Shown piece after piece: positions 18,711 to 26,881 of a DNA stretch of 64,000 nt (positions within the stretch are counted from its first letter, which is position 1; every line of letters starts with the position of its first letter). Source of the DNA: an uncultured Gammaproteobacteria bacterium. GTDB lineage: Bacteria > Patescibacteriota > Patescibacteriia > Magasanikbacterales > JBBTQS01. The translations under genes and the position numbers were made by a program. The DNA lies in NCBI GenBank assembly GCA_965230935.1, contig OZ246400.1:173705-237704 (forward strand), given 5' to 3'. A model generated the notes under the pieces. That model was not told the DNA's origin. It did not search any database and saw only the letters and a program-made list of their open reading frames with translations.

Positions 18711-19478
18711 ATGTCACATGACGAATCGGCAGCGCCCCCGCAAGTGCCGATTGAGGAGGCCATTGTTGGGTTTTGCGCCCACATTGGATTGGTCGCCCGG
18801 AGTTCGTTTGGCGAGGAGTTGGTTGCTGCGGTGTGCCGAAAGGCCGTCTGCGCGATCGACATACAACCAGACTGGGATCAACGGGCAGTCTTTCGCGTAC
18901 CAGCAAAGCACGACCGTGTCTCGGGCGTGTTCGCAGTGATCTTGCTCGACGACGCGCTGAGCGAGTCGCTGACCAATGACTTCAATGAGCTTCTGCTGGG
19001 CTATGGCGGCTCAGGAGAAGGAGATGTTGATCACTGGAGTCAGACGACCAAGCTCACCCGCGCGGTTCGTGGGCTCAAGAGCTGGTTCAAGGACAGAGGC
19101 ATCCGTCTGGAGGTTGGGGATATCAACAGCTTTGTCACCGCCTGGGAAACTGGTGAGGTGAGAGAGTGGTCGTTTGATCAAGGTCGTGGAGCACCGGTGA
19201 TTGCGTTCGTCGTGCGTCCGTACGATGCCCCCAGAGACGAACGACGAAACAGTGAAGTTTGCGTCGAGGTGCACTGGGGTGACAGGCTCAACCACGAGTT
19301 GACTGCTGGTCTGAACCAGATGATCGACGATGCGTTGGGCCCCGATCTTCACTGGGACGTTCGGCGAACCACGGATGAGGACGCGTCTACGTCTGCCCAT
19401 TTTGCTGCACAGGAGGTGGCAGCCATCGGGGGGCAACAGCGGGAGCAACCGCGCCGTCGCAGCGCTGTGGGCGAGTAA
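18711..19478 (+). CDS. hypothetical protein, high-GC cassette gene B
   Basis: 255-aa ORF. ATG preceded by GGAAGAGGAG SD. GC-rich codons. No domain recognised. Confidence 0.75.
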   Translation: MSHDESAAPPQVPIEEAIVGFCAHIGLVARSSFGEELVAAVCRKAVCAIDIQPDWDQRAVFRVPAKHDRVSGVFAVILLDDALSESLTNDFNELLLGYGGSGEGDVDHWSQTTKLTRAVRGLKSWFKDRGIRLEVGDINSFVTAWETGEVREWSFDQGRGAPVIAFVVRPYDAPRDERRNSEVCVEVHWGDRLNHELTAGLNQMIDDALGPDLHWDVRRTTDEDASTSAHFAAQEVAAIGGQQREQPRRRSAVGE

Positions 19479-19502
19479 CTCAACACAACACACAACACAG
19501 GG

Positions 19503-19529
19503 CCTCCGCTACAACTTAGTGGAGGTTTT
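19503..19529 (+). terminator. hairpin terminator after gene B
   Basis: cctccgcta-caact-tagtggagg 9-bp stem followed by TTTT. Confidence 0.7.
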
Positions 19530-19537
19530 GTAATATC

Positions 19538-19566
19538 TTGACAGGAAAGCTGTCGCATAGTATAGT
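19538..19566 (+). promoter_or_regulatory. consensus sigma70 promoter for gene C (TTGACA-17-TATAGT)
   Basis: cTTGACAggaaagctgtcgcatagTATAGTc. Confidence 0.7.
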
Positions 19567-19590
19567 CTCTTCTCTCCTCATTGCATTGCT

Positions 19591-20238
19591 TTGATTAACT
19601 ACCGGGGAGGGAAGGGGGCTAACACCTTGAGTGAAGATTGGCGCGGCTTTGTCGCGGCACGTGAGGAAGATCGCGTTGCTGCGCTTGGTGCCGCAATGTC
19701 TCATCTGATGCAGCGAGTGGGGTTCATTGACCCCAAATCGCCTGGGGACAAGAAGTCTCGGAAGGCGCTTGCACAGATGGGGTCGGCATTGGCTGCCATG
19801 ATCAGTGCCGCCCGTTCCGGTGACGTGTACATCACGGTGCTGCAGGGCGAGCAGACAGGTTCCGACGTGCTGATCCAGGTGTTGCCATTCGCCCCGACTA
19901 TGATCGGCGATGGCGACGATGCCGCGTTGGATCTGAGCATGCCGCGTCGCACTCGCGAGCGGCTGGTCATGGTCTACACTCTCTCGCCGAACGGCACTGA
20001 CCGTGGCTTCGAGTTCTCTCTGGATCTCACCACCAGCTTCAACACAGGTGTGCAGCAGGTCATCGACGTGCAGCACACATCACTCCTGCAACGAGGTTTG
20101 AGGCCCAGGGAGCGATCCGAGTCCCCCCCGGCACCAAATGGCTGGTTGACCTGGGAGGACTGGCTCGAGGAGTCGGCACGACGCGCCGAGCAGTCGGGGA
20201 CTGGAGGCGAGGAGGTCGAGGAGTCCTCAGGCTCCTGA
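19591..20238 (+). CDS. hypothetical protein, high-GC cassette gene C
   Basis: ORF from TTG 19591. More likely start is TTG 19627, 8 nt after the GGGGAGGGAAGGGGG SD-like run. GC-rich codons. No domain recognised. Confidence 0.7.
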   Translation: MINYRGGKGANTLSEDWRGFVAAREEDRVAALGAAMSHLMQRVGFIDPKSPGDKKSRKALAQMGSALAAMISAARSGDVYITVLQGEQTGSDVLIQVLPFAPTMIGDGDDAALDLSMPRRTRERLVMVYTLSPNGTDRGFEFSLDLTTSFNTGVQQVIDVQHTSLLQRGLRPRERSESPPAPNGWLTWEDWLEESARRAEQSGTGGEEVEESSGS

Positions 20239-20272
20239 TCACTCACAACAACAACCACACCACAACGGCAGG

Positions 20273-20297
20273 CCCGGCGTATACGCGACGGGTTTTC
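20273..20297 (+). terminator. hairpin terminator after gene C
   Basis: cccggcgtatacgcgacggg (contains the 10-nt palindrome gcgtatacgc) followed by TTTT. Confidence 0.6.
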
Positions 20298-20331
20298 CAA
20301 TTCTAAAGAGAAAATATGCTATGATGCCATT

Positions 20332-21087
20332 ATGTTAACAACAGCAGAAAGAAAATCAATTATTCAGCTTCATCAGAAAAAGTTTCGTGATCAGCGGGGC
20401 GAATTTATTGTTGAAGGTGAAAAAGGAGTATTAGAGGTACTACAATCCTCGTATAAAATTCTTGATCTGATAATCGAGGAGTCCCACAAAGGAAAGTTTG
20501 AATCTATTGAAGCATTAGCAATCGAACAGAAGATTAGTCCAACATGGTGTGGGAAAAAAGACGCTGCTTTGATTAAGACCACTGATACATTTCCTGGTGT
20601 GTTGGCGGTAGTGGCAAAGTCGACTTCCCACAAAAAACAGGACGATAGAGTCATCCTTATGCTCGATGCCATTGCTGATCCTGGAAATCTTGGCACTATT
20701 ATCCGCAGTGCGCATTGGTTTGGGATTACAACTATTATCCTAAGTGATCATTGTGTAGATCCATATAATCCCAAAGTGGTTCGTGCGAGTATGGGTTCGC
20801 TCTTTCATGTTGATTTGGTTCAACCTGATTTTCCTGAAGAGTTTATCAAATCGTATCAGGATGCTGGGTATCATATTGTGGTACTTGATGCTAATGGAAA
20901 GACACCAAGCAAAATGAGCGCAAATAAAAAATCTTTATATATTTTGGGAAGTGAATCACACGGGGTTCGAGATTCTTTTGCAACACTTGCCGATGAGTCT
21001 GTTGCTATTGCTGGAGATGGGTCAGCTGAATCTTTGAATGTTGCAGTTGCCGCTGGTATTTTACTGTATCATGTTGCGAGTCGGTAG
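20332..21087 (+). CDS. TrmH/SpoU-family RNA 2'-O-methyltransferase (RlmB-like)
   Basis: SpoU methylase motifs (LDAIADPGNLGTIIRSAHWFG; SESHGV; AIAGDGSAESLNVAVAAGILLY) plus an N-terminal substrate-binding region. Confidence 0.85.
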   Translation: MLTTAERKSIIQLHQKKFRDQRGEFIVEGEKGVLEVLQSSYKILDLIIEESHKGKFESIEALAIEQKISPTWCGKKDAALIKTTDTFPGVLAVVAKSTSHKKQDDRVILMLDAIADPGNLGTIIRSAHWFGITTIILSDHCVDPYNPKVVRASMGSLFHVDLVQPDFPEEFIKSYQDAGYHIVVLDANGKTPSKMSANKKSLYILGSESHGVRDSFATLADESVAIAGDGSAESLNVAVAAGILLYHVASR

Positions 21088-21104
21088 TGATGCGCTGATG
21101 CTGG

Positions 21105-21821
21105 TTATGTTTTCTTCAAAAGTTTGAGTTCTTTTTTGGTAAGTTCCCGTGAATGACCAACTGGAAGTCGGTCAAGAAGTAGTTTCCCGATTCGGATTCG
21201 TTTAAGGGAATCAATACCAAGATGTACCGCAGCACACATACGTCGAATTTGTCGTTTCTTTCCTTGGGTAATAATAATACGCATGGTGTGTGCATCGACT
21301 TTAGTAGCTTGCTTTGCTGTTACCACGCCATCACCATCAGCAATGTCAACCCCTGCTTTAAGTTGGTGTATATGTTCCGGAGTAATCTCATTTTTTGTAA
21401 CAATCTCATATTCTTTTTCATGTTCAAACTTCGGATGACTGAGTTGCTGAGTAAGTTCACCATCAGTGGTGAGTATCATTAATCCCGAGCTGTTCTTGTC
21501 TAATCTTCCAATGGAAAATAATCGAACATCGCTTTTGACTAAACTATAGATATTTTTCTCACCAGAAAACCGCGCATGCGTACTGACATATCCAACGGGT
21601 TTATGGAGCATGAGATAGATATGAACGGTCATTTGATCAACACGATTGCCATCAACTGTTACAATATCTTCCGGATGAACGCGACTGGTAACCGTCGCCA
21701 CCTTGCGATTGATACGGACACGTTTTTCACGGATTAGTTTTTCTGCTCGTCGACGGGAACAGATTCCGGCATTGGCAATATATTTTTGAAGATTCTCCGG
21801 TTTTGATTGTTGTTTTGACAT
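21105..21821 (-). CDS. pseudouridine synthase, RsuA/RluB family
   Basis: N-terminal S4 domain (ANAGICSRRRAEKLI) and catalytic GRLDKNSSGLMILT motif. Confidence 0.88.
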   Translation of the reverse strand: MSKQQSKPENLQKYIANAGICSRRRAEKLIREKRVRINRKVATVTSRVHPEDIVTVDGNRVDQMTVHIYLMLHKPVGYVSTHARFSGEKNIYSLVKSDVRLFSIGRLDKNSSGLMILTTDGELTQQLSHPKFEHEKEYEIVTKNEITPEHIHQLKAGVDIADGDGVVTAKQATKVDAHTMRIIITQGKKRQIRRMCAAVHLGIDSLKRIRIGKLLLDRLPVGHSRELTKKELKLLKKT

Positions 21822-21912
21822 ATACCCTTATCATACGCGTAAGTGTTCAGCTTGAAAAGCGCGTATGCAAACACGCCATCGGTTGGGATGGGTGTTGCGT
21901 TGTGGGTGTTGG

Positions 21913-22239
21913 TTAAAAATATGCGGCCAGATGGTCGAGGAGTTCTGGGTTTGCACGCAGGTGTGCCAAGGTTTGGTCACGACGAGCCGTTGTGGTGTAC
22001 CACGTCAAAAAAGACTTTACCGCCATGGTGTACGGGCTGGTTTCGGGTCGTGAAACATGCGCGTCAAGGCACGCTTGAATCCAATCACCAAGCAAATCCA
22101 TTTGTGTTGCCGTAAGTCTACGAACAACAAATCGCGTGCTATATGGGTACAAGTCGAGAACGCGATGCCAGTGCAACTTTGGTGTACTCTTTACCAGCAC
22201 TGTGATAAGGGGTTGGTGCACGGGTTGGAGTCGTCGCAT
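21913..22239 (-). CDS. hypothetical small protein (uncertain)
   Basis: 108-aa ORF directly downstream of the Cys-rich lipoprotein, overlapping it in another frame. The C-terminal 60 aa read protein-like. The start may be an internal Met. Confidence 0.3.
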   Translation of the reverse strand: MRRLQPVHQPLITVLVKSTPKLHWHRVLDLYPYSTRFVVRRLTATQMDLLGDWIQACLDAHVSRPETSPYTMAVKSFLTWYTTTARRDQTLAHLRANPELLDHLAAYF

Positions 22240-22496
22240 GGTACATCAGCGATTTGGTCACTGATCACACTGACACATGACTGGCTCAGTGGATCCCACC
22301 AGGTGTCGATGCATGGGGTCGGGCTCACACAGATCGTTTCAGCCGGCGAGGGTTCACTTGTCGGCGCAATAGCCTGCCTGTGCGTGCATGGTTCTGATTC
22401 AATAGTAGTATGTTCATCTGACCCGACTTCACATCCCAACAATAAGATACTTAAGATGATTTGTGGTTTCATATGCTCCTTGTCCAACATCAGCAA
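22191..22496 (-). CDS. small secreted Cys-rich lipoprotein sharing the DDxNPCT motif
   Basis: Probable start at Met 22472 (MKPQIILSILLLGC lipobox; AAGGAG upstream). Mature part has 8 Cys and ends ...VPCDDSNPCTNPLSQCW. Signal-peptide codons are AT-rich; the Cys-rich part is GC-rich. Confidence 0.6.
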   Translation of the reverse strand: MLMLDKEHMKPQIILSILLLGCEVGSDEHTTIESEPCTHRQAIAPTSEPSPAETICVSPTPCIDTWWDPLSQSCVSVISDQIADVPCDDSNPCTNPLSQCW

Positions 22497-22560
22497 TTAG
22501 AGTACTATACAAGCACATTGCGAGCAGATCAAGATCTATTCTGCGTATAACCTGTTTATT

Positions 22561-23451
22561 ATGAGTGAAAAAATCGCCATCCTTGGTGCCGGGGCATTTG
22601 GTCAAGCACTGGGGCATCTGTTGATTAAACCCGGACATACTGTTACCTTTTGGGATGTTGACACCAAAAAGCTCAATCATGGAAAGACATGTGATCAAGT
22701 GGTTCAAGAAGCAGATATTATTTTTTTTGCAGTGCCGTCATGGTGTTTACGAGAAAGTATTGGCATGGTATTGCCGTGTGTGAAACCAGAAGCCGTCTTT
22801 GTGTCAGTTTCAAAAGGGATTGAGAAAAAAACATGTGCAACCACTGATCAGATTTTTTCTGAAGAAATCAATGGAGATCGCGCAGTAGCCTATCTTTCCG
22901 GACCAATGCTTGCAGCGGAGATTGTGCAGGACAAACCCACTGGTGCACTGATTGCTTCAAAAGACATTGCTATTGCTAAGCGGATTGGTGGACTGTTTAC
23001 GAATACTGGTTTGCGTACCGTCACCAGCACTGATGTGCGAGGTGTTGCACTCTGTGGTGTGTTGAAGAATATTTACACTATTGGTATGGGAATGGCGCAT
23101 GCATTGCGACTCGGGGATAATGCAAAGGGATTTATTTTGTCTCAAGCGATTCATGAGATGGTTGCTATTGCGGTCAAGCTTGGTGGTACAAAAGAAACCA
23201 TGTTTGGTGCAGCAGGATTGGGTGATCTGATCACTACCTCTGCTGGAATGTATTCACGAAATTTTACCTTTGGATACACATTTGTGCGTAGTAGTGATGG
23301 ACAGGTTACTGCAGAGGGTGCGAAGTCATTTTTGCAACTGCAGCAGATGATTGGAGATACTACTCCGTATCCATTGCTTGATCAACTTATTGAGGTACTT
23401 GAGCGCAAGATCACTCCACAGCAATTCTTTACTCGTTACTTTGCGTCTTAA
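22561..23451 (+). CDS. gpsA: NAD(P)H-dependent glycerol-3-phosphate dehydrogenase
   Basis: IAILGAGAFGQALG Rossmann motif and GpsA-length C-terminal domain (GLGDLITT). Confidence 0.88.
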   Translation: MSEKIAILGAGAFGQALGHLLIKPGHTVTFWDVDTKKLNHGKTCDQVVQEADIIFFAVPSWCLRESIGMVLPCVKPEAVFVSVSKGIEKKTCATTDQIFSEEINGDRAVAYLSGPMLAAEIVQDKPTGALIASKDIAIAKRIGGLFTNTGLRTVTSTDVRGVALCGVLKNIYTIGMGMAHALRLGDNAKGFILSQAIHEMVAIAVKLGGTKETMFGAAGLGDLITTSAGMYSRNFTFGYTFVRSSDGQVTAEGAKSFLQLQQMIGDTTPYPLLDQLIEVLERKITPQQFFTRYFAS

Positions 23452-23513
23452 TTGGGCTGTGGTACAGTAAAGATTAAGCATATGCTTAACTATTAATTTC
23501 ATTATATATTTCT

Positions 23514-23747
23514 ATGAAAGTAACAGTTTACTCAACACCTACTTGCCCATATTGTAAAATGGCAAAAGAATACTTTGATTCAAAAAAGGTAGAATACACT
23601 GATATTGACGTCTCCGCAGATAGCAAAGCTGCGCAGGAGATGGTGCAAAAGTCCGGACAAATGGGTGTTCCAGTTATTGTAATGGGGGACGAGGTGTTGG
23701 TTGGCTTTGACCAAGCTAAAATTGATGAAGTACTTACTAACGCATAA
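23514..23747 (+). CDS. glutaredoxin-like protein
   Basis: 77 aa with a CPYC active site (VYSTPTCPYCKMAKEY). Confidence 0.85.
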   Translation: MKVTVYSTPTCPYCKMAKEYFDSKKVEYTDIDVSADSKAAQEMVQKSGQMGVPVIVMGDEVLVGFDQAKIDEVLTNA

Positions 23748-23749
23748 TT

Positions 23750-24364
23750 ATGGCATTTGAACCAAAGTCGTTTTCACCAAAACAAAAACCTAAAGGACTT
23801 TCGGAAGATGCGATCAGTATTCATCATGATACGCTGTATGCTGGGTATGTAAAAAAAGCAAATGCAATTGGAGACGCCCTTGCTGAATTTGTTTCCGGAG
23901 TTCGATCACTTGATGGCTCAAACCCAACCTATAGTGACTTGCGTGGCATTAAGGAGAGTGAAACGTTTGCGCGCAACGGTATGTATCTGCACGAGTGGTA
24001 TTTTGATGTGCTGGGTGGGAGTGGTGAGCCGATTGGTGAGCTTGCAGATGCGCTGGCACAACAATATGGCTCGCTTGAGACATTTCTTGCATATTTTAAA
24101 GCCAATGGAATGGTTGCACGTGGATGGGCGGTTCTGTGCTGGGACACCAAAGCAGCTAAGTTACAGGTGTATACCGGCGATGCGCATAATCAAGGCGGAG
24201 TGTGGGGCGCGATCCCGATTATCGTGTTGGACGTTTATGAGCATGCGTACTTTATGGATTATGGAAGCAAACGTGGTGAGTACATTGATGATTTTCTCGC
24301 GAGTGTAGATTGGGAGCGCGCAACAGAGCTTTATACTCACGCTAAACAAATAACTATTTCATAA
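23750..24364 (+). CDS. Fe/Mn superoxide dismutase
   Basis: HHDTLYAGYV N-terminal motif and DVYEHAYFMDYG C-terminal signature (SOD DVWEHAYY box). Confidence 0.88.
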   Translation: MAFEPKSFSPKQKPKGLSEDAISIHHDTLYAGYVKKANAIGDALAEFVSGVRSLDGSNPTYSDLRGIKESETFARNGMYLHEWYFDVLGGSGEPIGELADALAQQYGSLETFLAYFKANGMVARGWAVLCWDTKAAKLQVYTGDAHNQGGVWGAIPIIVLDVYEHAYFMDYGSKRGEYIDDFLASVDWERATELYTHAKQITIS

Positions 24365-24365
24365 T

Positions 24366-24914
24366 ATGAGCTGTTGTCAAGAAGGATTTATCCCAACGTT
24401 TCAGGTTGGCCACCCAGCACCAAACTTTGAAGAAATGGCCTATGTTGCCGGAGAGTTTAAAACAGTCACGTTGTCAGATTACCGGGGCAAATGGGTAGTG
24501 TTATTTTTCTACCCACTTGATTTTACCTTTGTGTGTCCAACGGAGATTAAAGGATTTGCACAGTCTGCGGAGGAATTTGAAAGTCGCAATGCAGTCGTGC
24601 TTGGTGCGTCGACTGACAGTGAACATTCACATAAAGCATGGTTTGAAAAAGACATGCCCGAAGTGAAATTTCCAGTGATTGCTGATACTGCGCATCGGGT
24701 AAGCGATGCATATGGTGTTTTGGTTGAAGAAAAGGGTATTGCACTGCGCGGAACCTTTATTATTGATCCCGAGGGTGTGTTGCGCTATCAGCTCGTATCT
24801 GATTTGGATGTTGGGCGTTCTATTGAAGAGACGCTGCGAGTGCTTGATGCGTTGCAAAATGGTGGACTGTGTCCAATCGGTTGGAAAAAAGGCGACCCTA
24901 CACTTAATGCCTAA
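24366..24914 (+). CDS. 2-Cys peroxiredoxin (AhpC/TSA family)
   Basis: FYPLDFTFVCPTEI peroxidatic-Cys motif and a C-terminal resolving Cys (GGLCP). Confidence 0.88.
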   Translation: MSCCQEGFIPTFQVGHPAPNFEEMAYVAGEFKTVTLSDYRGKWVVLFFYPLDFTFVCPTEIKGFAQSAEEFESRNAVVLGASTDSEHSHKAWFEKDMPEVKFPVIADTAHRVSDAYGVLVEEKGIALRGTFIIDPEGVLRYQLVSDLDVGRSIEETLRVLDALQNGGLCPIGWKKGDPTLNA

Positions 24915-24919
24915 TTTTC

Positions 24920-25507
24920 ATGAGCAAAGAAATCGTGATTGATATTGAAACCCAGACCGGCTTTGGTGAAGTAGAGGGTGGCATAAAGGGGTTGCGAGTC
25001 TCTATTGTGGTTATTTATCAGTACGAAACCAATCAGTTTCGTGCATTTCGTGAGGAAGAATTATCCGGACTCTGGCCAATCTTAGAAAACGCAGATCGAA
25101 TCATTGGGTATAATTCGATCCATTTTGATGTTCCAGTACTTAATAATTACTATGCCGGGAACCTTCTTGATTTTCCGCAACTCGATATGTTGCGCGTGGT
25201 AAAAGACAGTCTTGGTACTCGACTTAAGTTAGATGATATTGCAAAGGCTACACTGAAGATTGCGAAAAGCGGCCATGGGCTTGATGCTGTGAAGTGGTTT
25301 CAAGAAGGGAATTGGGACGATCTTATCAAATATTGTAAAGATGATGTGGAAATTACTCGCGATGTGTACGAGTTTGGTAAAAAGAACAAGCAATTGTTTT
25401 ACAATGACATTATGAGTGGGCAACTCCGTCCGTTTCCTGTGAATTTTGATCCACCAGAAGTGGCAGCGCAAACACCAAAAAATGTGAATTTGTCTTTGCC
25501 GTTGTAA
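24920..25507 (+). CDS. DEDD-family 3'-5' exonuclease (PolB-exonuclease-like, predicted)
   Basis: IDIETQTG (Exo I), YNSIHFDVPVL (Exo II) and YCKDDVEITRDVYEF (Exo III)-like motifs. Confidence 0.6.
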   Translation: MSKEIVIDIETQTGFGEVEGGIKGLRVSIVVIYQYETNQFRAFREEELSGLWPILENADRIIGYNSIHFDVPVLNNYYAGNLLDFPQLDMLRVVKDSLGTRLKLDDIAKATLKIAKSGHGLDAVKWFQEGNWDDLIKYCKDDVEITRDVYEFGKKNKQLFYNDIMSGQLRPFPVNFDPPEVAAQTPKNVNLSLPL

Positions 25508-25508
25508 T

Positions 25509-26108
25509 ATGCGACTTATTCTTGTCCGACATGGGCAAACCAACCAAAATTTTAAAGGTATTTTGCAAGGGCAAAGTGTGCAAAGTCGTTTGAGTAATTT
25601 TGGTAAGGAGCAGTGCGAAAAATTAGCCAAACGCCTACAAAATGAAGCGATTACCGTTGCAATGAGCAGCGATCTTGATCGTGCGGTTGAAAGTGCGCAG
25701 ATTCTGTTGCAGTATCATCCAGATGTATCATTGCAAAAAACAATGCAATTGCGTTCGCAAAATCATGGGAAATACGAAGGTGGCTTAATGCAAGCCATGA
25801 AAGACGATCGAAATGCTGCACCATCTCCATACAATTTTGCAGCACAAGATGGAGAGTCCATACGTGATGTATACACACGCGTGCAGCAGTGGTTTACGTC
25901 ACTTTATCAACAGTATCCCGAGCAAGTACTATTAGCGGTGACTCATCGGCCAGTACTCGTGATACTTAATCTTATTTTGCATCACGCAGAACTGGAGCAA
26001 TACGAAGAATTTAATACTATCCAAAATGCAAGCGTAACTGTGGTGAGTCAAGATGCACCTGATCATTGGGAGATTGAGCTCACCAATGATACATCACATT
26101 TACACTAA
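25509..26108 (+). CDS. histidine phosphatase (phosphoglycerate mutase family)
   Basis: LVRHGQT catalytic motif. Confidence 0.8.
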   Translation: MRLILVRHGQTNQNFKGILQGQSVQSRLSNFGKEQCEKLAKRLQNEAITVAMSSDLDRAVESAQILLQYHPDVSLQKTMQLRSQNHGKYEGGLMQAMKDDRNAAPSPYNFAAQDGESIRDVYTRVQQWFTSLYQQYPEQVLLAVTHRPVLVILNLILHHAELEQYEEFNTIQNASVTVVSQDAPDHWEIELTNDTSHLH

Positions 26109-26800
26109 GAGAAGATTTCAAAAAAGATATTCTTTGCAAGTACCCCTTGTTCGAGTAATCTTTTTCGCATATCAATTACCATCTTTGGGCTTCCACATAA
26201 GTAAAAGTGCGAGTCAGGATTTTGGGCAATTTTATCGCAATGTTCCGTTACCCGCCCATGCGTTCCTTGCCAAGTTTCTTGTGCATCTGACAAGCAGATC
26301 GTGTAATCAAACCAGGAGTTTTTTTCCTTAAACGCTTCAAGTTTTTCTTTCCAAAAAATATCATCTTCATGGCGCAAGCCAAACCATATGTGGACAGCAG
26401 GGGCATCGGTGATGGTGTGCACCATTGCCATGATTGGTGCAATGCCAGTTCCGGTGACAATATATTGGATAGGCTTGGTACTCTCACGAAGAACAAAATG
26501 ACCTTGTGGCCCATCAAACGTAATGACATCGCCAACGCTCATTTGTTTGAAATAGTTACTTGCAGCTCCTCCGGGGAGGTATTTGTATGTTAGCAATAGG
26601 GTTTGCGGCTCAGTAGGGGATGATGCAATAGAATACGAGCGAGTCACAACTTTGTCTTTTTGGGGCACATGCACATTGATAAATTGACCAGCGGTAAAAG
26701 AAAAAGCAGGTTCAGATGCTACTGAAAGCACGAGTTCGTGTACGTGATCGGTAAGCTGGTTTTTCGCGACAACGGTGGCAGTATGTTTTGGTTTATCCAT
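26105..26800 (-). CDS. FAD/NAD(P)-binding ferredoxin-NADP-reductase-like oxidoreductase
   Basis: RSYSIAS FAD-binding motif and a GTGIAP NAD-binding motif. Confidence 0.8.
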   Translation of the reverse strand: MDKPKHTATVVAKNQLTDHVHELVLSVASEPAFSFTAGQFINVHVPQKDKVVTRSYSIASSPTEPQTLLLTYKYLPGGAASNYFKQMSVGDVITFDGPQGHFVLRESTKPIQYIVTGTGIAPIMAMVHTITDAPAVHIWFGLRHEDDIFWKEKLEAFKEKNSWFDYTICLSDAQETWQGTHGRVTEHCDKIAQNPDSHFYLCGSPKMVIDMRKRLLEQGVLAKNIFFEIFS

Positions 26801-26811
26801 ATGGTTGCGTC

Positions 26812-26839
26812 TTGACAGGAAAAGGAGGATGGTTTAGAG
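26812..26839 (+). promoter_or_regulatory. candidate promoter for Rrf2-nifS-nifU operon (TTGACA-16-TAGAGT)
   Basis: cTTGACAggaaaaggaggatggttTAGAGTg. An inverted repeat (ataccaaaaaggtat) follows it. Confidence 0.45.
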
Positions 26840-26881
26840 TGCTGATATCATACCAAAAAGGTATGAATTTATCAAGTATTC

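Noticed and set aside
21843-22500. Plus-strand ORFs 21843-22115, 21865-22053 and 22057-22500
   Set aside because: They overlap the better-supported minus-strand lipoprotein gene. Translations lack protein-like character (Cys/His/Trp-rich random). No SD.
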